Part shown: piece by piece, positions 45,298 through 55,463 of the stretch
How positions within the stretch are numbered: the first letter of the stretch is position 1
Layout: every line of letters starts with the position of its first letter
Origin: a virus
DNA length: 64,000 bases
Strand: one strand, 5' to 3'
Virus record (IMG/VR): IMGVR_UViG_3300016665_000370
Location: 1-64,000 of that record
Made by a program: the position numbers and the translations under genes
Notes under the pieces: generated by a model
What the model saw: only the letters and a program-made list of their open reading frames with translations
Told to the model about the DNA's origin: nothing
The model's database searches: none

Positions 45298-48200
45298 TCA
45301 TATAAATAAATTTTCTGTCAAAGCTTCATCAATTAATGTTGGCTCATTATTAAATCCAGATTTCTTTAAAAATACACTTATTTGTACTTTTGTTGATAAT
45401 GTTGGTAATGTTGGATCTTTTAATATATTTGTAAAATTTAATCTCAATAAACCCGTTAGTTGATCTATATATACTCCCATTTTAGGATCAACAATGATTC
45501 CACTATATCCATCTGTATATCCATCTAATAATGGACTAAATGATTGCATTGATATATCAAATCTAACTTGATTATTTAATAGCGCATTTGATTGTACATA
45601 TGTACAATCTCCAAACTTCATTGCTTTAAATCCTGATATTGTTTTTCCATTAGCATATTCATAAACAAAGTTACTAAATAAATTAATTGTCTTTTCTGTA
45701 CCAAAGAAATTATCTGGGACTTCTAATACAATTGTTCCAACTTCAAAGTCAACTTTAAAATGATTTTTGTTTTTATCTAATATTTGATTACCAACAATTA
45801 AGTTTCCTGGAACATAATAATTTACTACTCCAGGATCAAAAGATAAACCTAATGGATAGGTTAATACTTCTGGACAATTATCTGTACATGATACATCAGA
45901 ATATCCTGATGTCTCTATAATTGAGTTTGGTACATATACTAGTTTTGAATTTACTGCAATAAAATAATCTTTCCAATGCAATCTTGGATCTGCAAAACTT
46001 GATACAGGATTTGCTGAAAAATCTCTATCTTGTAAAGAAACATTATCTTCAAATATATTTACCAAACTATGTAACAATGATCTATCTGTATAATAATCAT
46101 CATGTCTATCTACAAAATTTTCTAATCTTATTCTAAGAACTGAAAATGTAGTTCCTATTTTAGAATAAGGATTTGTTGTTGGTGCTGGATAAGATAAAGA
46201 AGGAAAACTTGTTATTTCATTTCTTGTTAAATAAGATTCTATTAAATATCCATCATCTGCATCTATTAAAAAGTCTCCATTAACATTGCATCTCAATAAA
46301 GACAATAATACATTTTCATCTATGTATTTCTTTCTTACTGTAACTGCTGAACCATTTAATCCAACAATTTTAAATTGACCATTGTTTTCTGGATTTAATG
46401 GATCTGAAATTACTATACTATAATCTTCTACAGAAAAGTATAATGAAAAGTCTATATTTGCAGATTCAAACAAATAATCTGTATTATTAATTGGAGTTAA
46501 TTCTCCATCTGTATCGCTACTAATTATATTATTTACTAAAGAGCTATCAATAACTTCAAAGCTCAATCCAGTTGTTGCTGTAGATGGATTGGTTAAGAAC
46601 TTCCATCCATTTGTACATGTTGTTGTAATTGTATCTGTAACAATATAAGAGTCTAAAGGAGGGCTGATATTTAAATTATAATCTAAATATTTAGATAACT
46701 CAGCATAATCAGATTCATCTACAATACAATCTCCATTCCAGTCACCATAAGTCATGGTTAGTTTCTGAGCATCTCCAACTCTATAGAATGTATTTGGATT
46801 TGCCAAATCTGGAGTAAACTTAGATCCTATTAATTCTCCATTAACAAATGCTGATAGCAATTCAGATAAATATCCATCTTTTCTTGGATCAGTATTATCT
46901 TCTAATAATGGAACAATAATTTCATTATTTATAATTGTAAAATACTTTAAACTTAAATTATAATTTGTAGTTGATTCAAACTTTTTGTTTTTATCAGAAA
47001 TAACTCCTAATTTTAAACTTGTTGCAAAAGAATCTAAGTTTGAAGTTTCAACTGAAGATAATAAACTAATTTGTGGAACTTTCTTTTGTTTAGAAGCAGA
47101 TGTTGTTCCTGTTCTTTTATCTTCTACAGAATCAGATAATTCTGTAATTGATTGAACTATTGCTGTATAAGTATCATTTCCTTTAAAAGATAAATTATCT
47201 AAACAATAATCTATTGTTGTTCCATTATTATCTTTTATTTTTTCTATTTCTATTCCAAATCCATTTTCATAAATTTTTGCAGAACTGATTTTTGAAGAAT
47301 CGGAATAAATTTCAAACCATAGATCTTCTGATTGAATATCTGTCCAGTAATTTCCATTAAATACAGTTAATCTTGAATTCTCTACTAGATCCGATCCTGT
47401 ATAAAGTTTAATGTCACATTTAGTTGCTGAACCAGATCTTTTTAAAGTAAAAGCATAATATTTATTTGCTTCTACTTTATTTGTAGCTAACCCTGTATTA
47501 GAGAATACAAAGTCAATTGGTTGTGGAGTATTTGATAATTCAAATCCTTTATCTAATAAAGAATTGTAATTTAAAGTTATTTGAGCTAATGGAGTTGGAA
47601 TTGGATCAAATTCTATTTCTAAATTAGGAGCTAAATCTGTTGGGCAAGATATTGTAGATTGTAATGGATAAACAGTAAATACTAAATCTCCTTCCCAAGC
47701 TAAATCATTTTCAAATCCAGGATCATTATTTTCTACGGATAATAATAATCTTATTTTTTGAATATTATTTGTTGGAGATTTAAATTTCTGACCAATCTCT
47801 GTAGTAATATCATTCTTAGCCAATTCTCTTACATTTTCTTCTGTAGTATATATTTGTAATGAATCAATATCATAATTTGGCAAAGCTGCTTGAATTAATT
47901 CATTTAGTGTTCCTGATGTTATTGGAAAAAAATCTCTCCAAAATAAATTTGGTTGAATGTTTTGTTTTAAAACCAAACAATCTCTTGATAAAGAAGCATT
48001 TAAAGCTTCATATATTCTTACTTTACCACCAAGATTTAAAGATAATACTAGAGCAGAAATATCATTAATTAAAATAGATAATATATTTTTATAATGTAAT
48101 TTGGTAAATTGAGATTCATTTTTATGAAATGTAAATGTTTCATAAACTAAATCATTATTAAAGTTTAATCCAAATACGACTATTTTTACAGTTCTTAGTC

Positions 48201-48489
48201 CAAATACTTCTGAGTTTGATAATTCTATTTCTAATTGATTTCCATAATCAGAATCAGATGGTTGAGTTTGTACATTTAGCGGAGTTCCATCTAAATTGCC
48301 AACTACTAATTCAGAATCAAATAATACTTTTTTTTCTAAGTTATCTGGTAAAATACCTTGACCTACATGATTGTAGGTCAAGCCAGATAATACTGTATTT
48401 GTATAATTTTGTTCTATAGATAAATCATCATTATCTACTTGCTGACCATTTAACCAAATATTTTGTTTAGTTGTTATATCTTTTCGCAT
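45298..48489 (-). CDS. Large putative virion structural protein with dockerin/EF-hand-like motifs
   Basis: 1063 aa, acidic and beta-rich, in the baseplate operon; GDWNGDCIVDESD and NVNGDFLIDADD. Confidence 0.65.
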   Translation of the reverse strand: MRKDITTKQNIWLNGQQVDNDDLSIEQNYTNTVLSGLTYNHVGQGILPDNLEKKVLFDSELVVGNLDGTPLNVQTQPSDSDYGNQLEIELSNSEVFGLRTVKIVVFGLNFNNDLVYETFTFHKNESQFTKLHYKNILSILINDISALVLSLNLGGKVRIYEALNASLSRDCLVLKQNIQPNLFWRDFFPITSGTLNELIQAALPNYDIDSLQIYTTEENVRELAKNDITTEIGQKFKSPTNNIQKIRLLLSVENNDPGFENDLAWEGDLVFTVYPLQSTISCPTDLAPNLEIEFDPIPTPLAQITLNYNSLLDKGFELSNTPQPIDFVFSNTGLATNKVEANKYYAFTLKRSGSATKCDIKLYTGSDLVENSRLTVFNGNYWTDIQSEDLWFEIYSDSSKISSAKIYENGFGIEIEKIKDNNGTTIDYCLDNLSFKGNDTYTAIVQSITELSDSVEDKRTGTTSASKQKKVPQISLLSSVETSNLDSFATSLKLGVISDKNKKFESTTNYNLSLKYFTIINNEIIVPLLEDNTDPRKDGYLSELLSAFVNGELIGSKFTPDLANPNTFYRVGDAQKLTMTYGDWNGDCIVDESDYAELSKYLDYNLNISPPLDSYIVTDTITTTCTNGWKFLTNPSTATTGLSFEVIDSSLVNNIISSDTDGELTPINNTDYLFESANIDFSLYFSVEDYSIVISDPLNPENNGQFKIVGLNGSAVTVRKKYIDENVLLSLLRCNVNGDFLIDADDGYLIESYLTRNEITSFPSLSYPAPTTNPYSKIGTTFSVLRIRLENFVDRHDDYYTDRSLLHSLVNIFEDNVSLQDRDFSANPVSSFADPRLHWKDYFIAVNSKLVYVPNSIIETSGYSDVSCTDNCPEVLTYPLGLSFDPGVVNYYVPGNLIVGNQILDKNKNHFKVDFEVGTIVLEVPDNFFGTEKTINLFSNFVYEYANGKTISGFKAMKFGDCTYVQSNALLNNQVRFDISMQSFSPLLDGYTDGYSGIIVDPKMGVYIDQLTGLLRLNFTNILKDPTLPTLSTKVQISVFLKKSGFNNEPTLIDEALTENLFI

Positions 48490-48497
48490 ATTAGCTC

Positions 48498-51400
48498 TCA
48501 GAAGTAATTTAAGAATATCCTTGAATTAGCTGGCTTGAGTATCTTTAATAATCTTTCCAGTATTTTCTTGCTTTGAGGATTATCTTTTAATATATTAAAA
48601 GAGTCGAATATATCTAACGTAAACTCATATATTCCTGACTTTTTATTTACTATACTTGCAAAATCTTCAAAAAGCTCATAACTTATATTTGAATCCAACA
48701 AATATGTTGTATACAAATCTTTTACTACTGGTAAAGAACTATTGCCTAGATAATTTATATCTATAGATTCATTTAGATATTTAAATGGCTCTCTATATTT
48801 ATTTGATATTCTTAGATTATCTATTAAAACATTTCCATAATTTTTATTTGTATAATCACTTCCTATTGTAAAATAATTTAATGTATCTTTAAATACAATT
48901 GGCTCAAGAATTGAATAACCATCATATCCATCTCCTACATATGTAGATCCATAAATATATGGTTGATCTCTAAATACATCATTTTCATATGACAAAGAAT
49001 TATACTTATATCCATCAATAAATAACAATAAGTTTTCATTTATTGAATTAAACTTATAGCTAGCTTTAATTCTATGCCATGAATTTCTTTCCCATACAAT
49101 TGGTGCTCTTATAGAATAATTCTTATCAGATGCTTTTATCTCAAAGTTTAATAAATTATCTTCATCTTTGTAGATAGAAATTCTATCTCCATTAGATCCT
49201 TTTGGAATATAATTTACAACTACTTTTGTATTGTTTGATGGGAGTTCTTTTCCTAAAATAATTACTTGAGAATTTGTTTTTATAATTTCTTTTGGCTTAT
49301 AAGATACAACAACACTTACATTATCATTAGGAAGAGATTTGTTTAAATAAATTGTTTTTCCATCAGACGCAATAACTCCATCATCAAAATAATCAATTAC
49401 AGAATAATTGTTTGCTTTTACATAAAGTATTTGACTTGCTTCTTGAGAAATAACTACTTTATTTGAAGTACTAGATGTAACAATTTCATTTATAGAATCA
49501 TTTCTATAATAATCTATTCTTCCACCTGAAAAGTAATTAATATCTGAATTTAATGTTTTTACAGATAATATTTCTTTTGCCTTGGAAGATAACTCTAAAG
49601 TCTTTTTAGATAATGAAGTTACTTCTTCTGATATTGCTGAACTTGAATCAAAATAATATCTTTTATTATAATCATATACAGTATCAAATATAGGACTTAC
49701 CCAAAATTCTATTGTTCCTTCTTTTTTAGAATCTAAATATCCTAAATTCTCTACTTGTATATTTCTATTATTTAAATATACAGCATTTTCAAATTCTTCA
49801 TTTAAACTTGAATTTGCATAAATTATATTATTATCTTTTATTGCTGCATAATACAAAGATTCATTTTCAAATGGAAATGAATTAAATGTAGATTTAAAAA
49901 TTAAATTCTTTGTATTTTTGGTTCCTTTGATTAAATTAAAGTTTTTTGTAACAGAATCAATATCAGAAGTAGATTCCCCTGCTCTTACATCCGAAAGAAC
50001 AGTATTATATATACACAATTCATTTATAATTGAATTACAATGGTTTTCTGAATTAATATCAGAACCTATGAATAATTCTTTTGGTAATTCAAAATTAATA
50101 GAAATATAAGATGGATATAAAAATTCATAATATCCTTTTCTTAATAAATATTGCTGACCTGGATAGTCCAAAGGTTCAAAATTAAAGAAACCATTCTGAG
50201 TTCCAGATGGAACCTCAGCATGTCTCACAACTTTGTAATATCCATCCGTAAAATCATCTATAGGCAAAGTATAGCCTGTTGAGTATGGATCAATCTCTAG
50301 AATGTTATAGTTTACTCCTGTAATTCTATAGAATCCAGCCACTTCAACAGGCTCTTCAATTAACAAAGAATCTCCAACATTTGAAATTGAAAATTTATTT
50401 TCTAAATCAATTACTGTATTGCTTGAATTCTTTTCTAATTTAGTACCTTGATTAACAACATAACTATATTTTAATACTGGAGTAAAATAACTTATCTCAG
50501 GTTCAAATATTGATTCTGATTCTATGCACTTAACAGAACAAAATGGTTTTGATGTATTTATTGCATATCCATCAATTGTTATTTGATTTACTGAAAAGAA
50601 TAAATTTGTTGTTTCTAATTCTCCATAATCTGTAAAAGATAGTATTTCTGATGTATTTATGTAATTAACATTTCCAAATACTTCTATATTTACTGGATAT
50701 GTAAAATCAATGTTTGATCCATTTAGTATTACTTTTACTTTTCTACCAGATTGTGAATTGATTGGATTATCTGTATCTACAGATCCATCAAACTTAGTTC
50801 CAAATAAACCTGATAATGTAGTATTTGTTGAATTAAAAGAATAACTATCTAATAGTATTTTCTTTATTATTACATCTTCTGTAGATATTGGTTTTGGTAA
50901 TTGTGTTTTTATTATATTGGATAAGTTATCTGACCATTGATAGTATTTTCCTTTTACTATTTCATGATTTAATCCAAGACTTTCGGCAAATAATAATTCG
51001 TTTGAATTTAAACCATTTTTAACTATAATTTGATATCTATCAAATTCATAATCAGATACTTCTGCTCTTGGACTTCTTAGTTCAATTTCATTTGTTGAGT
51101 AAATGAAAAATTCATAATTTGTACCAGTTACAGGTAAAGTACTATCTAATGTTAATGTATTTCCAGATATTGAAACTATTGTATAGTAATTATCAAATTG
51201 ACTATCGTTAATTCTTATTAAATCACCAACAGAAGCAATTGTGTCAAAATCAGATAATAAAGAAGTAACTACATCTGTAGAATTTGTAGATAAATCTGAT
51301 TCTGTATAATAATGAGAAAGCTTATAGAAATAATTATTGTTATTTAAGTAATATCTTCCATAACCATCAAATATAGTTTTATTTACGCTAAATTCTAAAT

Positions 51401-54400
51401 CGGTTAATGATACTGGCATTGCAGTATCTAAAGTAAGATCTTGTCCTGAAATGTTTGTTATTTCATAACCAGCAGAATCAAACAAATCATTGAATATATA
51501 AATTCTATCTCCTATAGATACATTATAGGCAGCAAAGTTAATTAAAGAAGAAACTATATTTGATCCAGAAGTTGTTTCAAGATCTATAGATCCAACAATA
51601 TCTTTTCCAGAAACTCCTATAAATGATTCTTTGGATATTGTTCTAAATTCTTGATGAATGTAATTTCTTATATTATCTGAGTACTTAGATATATTAGAAA
51701 CTTCTTGCCCATCTATAAATAGATGAAGTTCATCTTTCTTGGACTTGGAGCCTACTCTCCATGCAAGGTATATTTGATGAGCTTCTCCCGAAATCCAATC
51801 AGAAACATCTTTTGATATTGAATATCTTTTACCTTTAGTATCTATTATTTCAAAAACAAGATAACCAGACTTATCCTTATATAAGGAAAATCTACTTTTA
51901 TCTTTTTTCATATCAATAAAGTATTTTTTACTATCAGCAATAAATCCATACAATTCATTTTTTGCTGTAGAACTACTTGTAATTGATATTTTACTATTTG
52001 TAGATGTTGTGCTTGCTGGATATCCATCTATTATTCTAAAATCATAAAAATCAGAATTTAATTTTACTTTAAAAGTATTTGTTGCTGTAGAATATCCATC
52101 TATAATTCTTAGATACCATCTTTCAAATAAATTAGATTCATCATTATCCAAGTAAAAATAAAGTCCATCTTTATTAAAGTTAGGAGATCCTTTAATTACA
52201 TTAGATAATGTAAATATATTTGATTCTGGATGTAATTCTGTTGATCCAATAAATATCTTATCTGAAGATATAGCTAAATTATCTTCTAATACTTCTACTT
52301 GAATTTCTTTTTGATTATCAATTCCATTCCATTGAGGAATTGCCCAAAATCCTAAAGATCCTTCTTCTATATTTAAATTATTAAATGTATCAAACTTAAT
52401 TGATCCATTATCAATTAAAACTCCATTACCATGTTTAGCTGGTAATATTTCAAAAGTACCATTTGTTTCTATAGATTTTGGCTTTAATAGACTTTGACCT
52501 AATGACCAAAAATTAAATGCAGATTCCTTTACATCTGGTTCTGTATGTACAATTTGTTTTACTATATTTTTTATAGCTGGAATCGTTGGACCTAATATAA
52601 AAGAACTTAAAGCTGCATAAATTGCATCTCTATATCTTTCTCTATTAAAAGATGGATCTATATTAGAGATTTCATCTACATTAATTAATGTAGAGAAGTT
52701 TTTAGATAAAGCATCTCTTAATGCTCCAACTTTATAGCTAACATAATATTGAGAATTTGTTGGAATTGTAAGGCTTTCTCTAAAGTCTAATGAATTAGAT
52801 CCAAACTCATAATTTACTAATATTTCATCTGCAAGATAATTGTAATCTATATATAAATCTCCTCTAGAATAATCAACTACAACTCTAGATAAATTATTTA
52901 TTGTAAATAATAAATCTATTTTTACTGTTTCTATTGTAGTTGTATCTAAGAATATTTTATTTGAGTTTTCTTCTATTGTATAAGAAAGAACATCTATATC
53001 TGTATTTAGCAAAACTGATGTTGCTGTAAATTCATAAGTAATATTTGAAGAGTTGTAATATATTTCTTTTGGAATCTCAACAAAATATCCATCAATAGAA
53101 TATTCGCTAACTAAAAATAATGTTTTGGAAAATGAATTTGTTTCTATTGATTTATTTGAATAGTTAGAATAATTTGCAAAATTTATTGGATTTGTTGAAT
53201 TTATGAAATCTTCATATTCATACAATCCATATATACTTGATACTTCATTCTTTACTTTATTAATAAAATTAGAATTTTCTACATATCCTACTTTTGAATT
53301 AATTAATAAATAAGGATTGCTATTTATAGAATCTTCTTTTGAATTAGGTAAATTATTTATTTCAATAGAATCTTCATTAATAGAAACTACATCTACTTTA
53401 ATTAATTCTGTTGAAGGTTGAATATAATTCAAAGAATTAACATACAATGGATTTTTATTTATTGTAGTTAAATTTGAATATTTGTAATTAGCTTCTCCAA
53501 AGTTTTCTATTGTAAGAGAATTTACTCCTACATACAATAAAGAATTTTCATAGTCAACAACATATTCTCCAACATTCTGAATTGAATCTATGCTATTATA
53601 ATTTCTTTCTGTAACAAAGATATTATTATCTAAAGCAAGACTTGTATTTTTAAAGCTTGCTATTCTATCATTTGTTGATGAAATTATATATTTGTTTAAT
53701 AATTCAAACTTAGCAACAATAATTGTATTTGCATTTGTTGAATAATTTGTAGGAATTAGTTTTTCTGTTGCTAATTTGAAATCTACAATTTCTTGAGTAT
53801 TTAATATTCTTGGAGGTGTATTGTATCTAAAATATACTTTGTTTCCATCAAATCTAGATAACTGATAAACTTCACCAGAAGTTTCATTATATATTCTAAA
53901 TACGTTTGTTATTGGATAGTTTTTTGTATTTAAAACATTTAAAGCTGTTAATCTATTATTTATTCTTTCATTTAAAGATTCTTCATGTAGATTTGCTTTA
54001 TAATCTTCTCCATTAACAAATACAAATTCAAAATTATAGTTTACATAAATTGTTTTATCAATTGCTTTTCCTTTTGGAAGAATAGCTAGATCATATGTAT
54101 TTGAATCATATACATAATCTATTTCAGACTGGAAGGTCTGTTTATATGTGTAAGAGACTACTGGTGGTTCTGGACCCGAACCTATATTTGATGAGCTTGC
54201 TCCATAAACATAAATATTTCCATTCTCATAATTAATAGAATATTGTCCGGGAGCAAATGGCAACTCTTCATATCTAAATTTTATTTCATATAAAAATGCT
54301 GGATGAGTTGTATTTGAATTTAAATTAATAAATGTTAATCCATTTGATTCTGGAGTATTATTATCTCCATCAATTATATTTGCATTCTTTAAAAAGAAAT

Positions 54401-55463
54401 TTGTAGATATTGGAGGTAATACTTCTCTTACTACATTTTTCCTAGAAAAAATATCTACATTAGAAATTATCTTTCCGATATTTTTATAATAATATTCTAC
54501 ATCAACTTTTACAATTTGTGCAATATCAAAGTTTTCATCTTTTAAGATTTCTTCATTTAATTTTATTTGATTTGATTCTAATGTAAAATAAGTTGATGCA
54601 AAATCAGAATCATATTTTGAATCTAATATTTGATATCCATATTTTTCTATATTGTAATTATAAATTGGATTTATTGTTGATAATGTAAATACAATTGATT
54701 TTACTTTTATAATATTTTGTTTTGATAAGTTTAAATTAAAATTCAATATATTAAAGAAACCAGAAGAATCTATAGAATTAGGAGTAAGTATTTCTGTTTT
54801 ATATGTTTCTTGTAATGAAACTAATTTGTATTTTGATGAATCAAAAATATAAGTATCTGTTGAAAATGTATTTGTTGGTCTTGGAGCAACTCTTATAATT
54901 TCATAAGCACTACCTTCATTTAATTTATCAAAAGGTCCAGAACCTCTTGTTTTTAATTCATCTGTAACTGTATAAGAAATATAATTTTCATTTTTTACAT
55001 TCTTAATAGCATCTAATGCTACATCTAAATTCTTAGAAATAGAATTTATAATTGTAGATGTAACCGTATTATCTTCTAAACTATAAACTCCATCTTCTAA
55101 TGATTGATTTATTAATTGCTTAAATATATTTTCTTTTTCTATTGGTCCAAGAATATCAAATCTATTACCTACATTATCCTGTAATAAAATAGCTTTGTTA
55201 TCTTTTGAAATAAATGGATATGAAATTGTCTTTAAGGCTTTTACATAATAAGTAATAAATGGAGTTAATGGTTGGCATTTTACAAATAAAAGATTATCCT
55301 TAATTTTTACATTAAGAACTTCAGAATCAGGAATAGAAGAATTGCTTGATACTATATTAATATTTGCAGTCTTTATTCCTAATGTTAAGTTATGAGAAAA
55401 TTCTAATATTAAGTCTTGACTTGATTTTACTTCAACATTGATTAGCCTTAAATTTTCCATCAT
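48498..55463 (-). CDS. Giant baseplate/tail-associated protein with LamG/ConA-like domains
   Basis: 2321 aa directly after the baseplate J gene; RERYRDAI...GPT (wedge-like), EGSLGFW/EGTIEFW, LFIDG, IDNLRIS, C-terminal KPANSR. Confidence 0.7.
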   Translation of the reverse strand: MMENLRLINVEVKSSQDLILEFSHNLTLGIKTANINIVSSNSSIPDSEVLNVKIKDNLLFVKCQPLTPFITYYVKALKTISYPFISKDNKAILLQDNVGNRFDILGPIEKENIFKQLINQSLEDGVYSLEDNTVTSTIINSISKNLDVALDAIKNVKNENYISYTVTDELKTRGSGPFDKLNEGSAYEIIRVAPRPTNTFSTDTYIFDSSKYKLVSLQETYKTEILTPNSIDSSGFFNILNFNLNLSKQNIIKVKSIVFTLSTINPIYNYNIEKYGYQILDSKYDSDFASTYFTLESNQIKLNEEILKDENFDIAQIVKVDVEYYYKNIGKIISNVDIFSRKNVVREVLPPISTNFFLKNANIIDGDNNTPESNGLTFINLNSNTTHPAFLYEIKFRYEELPFAPGQYSINYENGNIYVYGASSSNIGSGPEPPVVSYTYKQTFQSEIDYVYDSNTYDLAILPKGKAIDKTIYVNYNFEFVFVNGEDYKANLHEESLNERINNRLTALNVLNTKNYPITNVFRIYNETSGEVYQLSRFDGNKVYFRYNTPPRILNTQEIVDFKLATEKLIPTNYSTNANTIIVAKFELLNKYIISSTNDRIASFKNTSLALDNNIFVTERNYNSIDSIQNVGEYVVDYENSLLYVGVNSLTIENFGEANYKYSNLTTINKNPLYVNSLNYIQPSTELIKVDVVSINEDSIEINNLPNSKEDSINSNPYLLINSKVGYVENSNFINKVKNEVSSIYGLYEYEDFINSTNPINFANYSNYSNKSIETNSFSKTLFLVSEYSIDGYFVEIPKEIYYNSSNITYEFTATSVLLNTDIDVLSYTIEENSNKIFLDTTTIETVKIDLLFTINNLSRVVVDYSRGDLYIDYNYLADEILVNYEFGSNSLDFRESLTIPTNSQYYVSYKVGALRDALSKNFSTLINVDEISNIDPSFNRERYRDAIYAALSSFILGPTIPAIKNIVKQIVHTEPDVKESAFNFWSLGQSLLKPKSIETNGTFEILPAKHGNGVLIDNGSIKFDTFNNLNIEEGSLGFWAIPQWNGIDNQKEIQVEVLEDNLAISSDKIFIGSTELHPESNIFTLSNVIKGSPNFNKDGLYFYLDNDESNLFERWYLRIIDGYSTATNTFKVKLNSDFYDFRIIDGYPASTTSTNSKISITSSSTAKNELYGFIADSKKYFIDMKKDKSRFSLYKDKSGYLVFEIIDTKGKRYSISKDVSDWISGEAHQIYLAWRVGSKSKKDELHLFIDGQEVSNISKYSDNIRNYIHQEFRTISKESFIGVSGKDIVGSIDLETTSGSNIVSSLINFAAYNVSIGDRIYIFNDLFDSAGYEITNISGQDLTLDTAMPVSLTDLEFSVNKTIFDGYGRYYLNNNNYFYKLSHYYTESDLSTNSTDVVTSLLSDFDTIASVGDLIRINDSQFDNYYTIVSISGNTLTLDSTLPVTGTNYEFFIYSTNEIELRSPRAEVSDYEFDRYQIIVKNGLNSNELLFAESLGLNHEIVKGKYYQWSDNLSNIIKTQLPKPISTEDVIIKKILLDSYSFNSTNTTLSGLFGTKFDGSVDTDNPINSQSGRKVKVILNGSNIDFTYPVNIEVFGNVNYINTSEILSFTDYGELETTNLFFSVNQITIDGYAINTSKPFCSVKCIESESIFEPEISYFTPVLKYSYVVNQGTKLEKNSSNTVIDLENKFSISNVGDSLLIEEPVEVAGFYRITGVNYNILEIDPYSTGYTLPIDDFTDGYYKVVRHAEVPSGTQNGFFNFEPLDYPGQQYLLRKGYYEFLYPSYISINFELPKELFIGSDINSENHCNSIINELCIYNTVLSDVRAGESTSDIDSVTKNFNLIKGTKNTKNLIFKSTFNSFPFENESLYYAAIKDNNIIYANSSLNEEFENAVYLNNRNIQVENLGYLDSKKEGTIEFWVSPIFDTVYDYNKRYYFDSSSAISEEVTSLSKKTLELSSKAKEILSVKTLNSDINYFSGGRIDYYRNDSINEIVTSSTSNKVVISQEASQILYVKANNYSVIDYFDDGVIASDGKTIYLNKSLPNDNVSVVVSYKPKEIIKTNSQVIILGKELPSNNTKVVVNYIPKGSNGDRISIYKDEDNLLNFEIKASDKNYSIRAPIVWERNSWHRIKASYKFNSINENLLLFIDGYKYNSLSYENDVFRDQPYIYGSTYVGDGYDGYSILEPIVFKDTLNYFTIGSDYTNKNYGNVLIDNLRISNKYREPFKYLNESIDINYLGNSSLPVVKDLYTTYLLDSNISYELFEDFASIVNKKSGIYEFTLDIFDSFNILKDNPQSKKILERLLKILKPANSRIFLNYF

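Noticed and set aside
45291-45298. T4-like late promoter TATAAATA upstream of the GT4 gene (minus strand)
   Set aside because: A single all-A/T 8-mer is expected by chance at this base composition.
10390-50109. Other shadow ORFs (10390, 12308, 17216, 19932, 21955, 27796, 31133, 32768, 33367, 34184, 34668, 35837, 43796, 45215, 47859, 48216, 49918)
   Set aside because: Antisense to well-supported genes, with no motifs.
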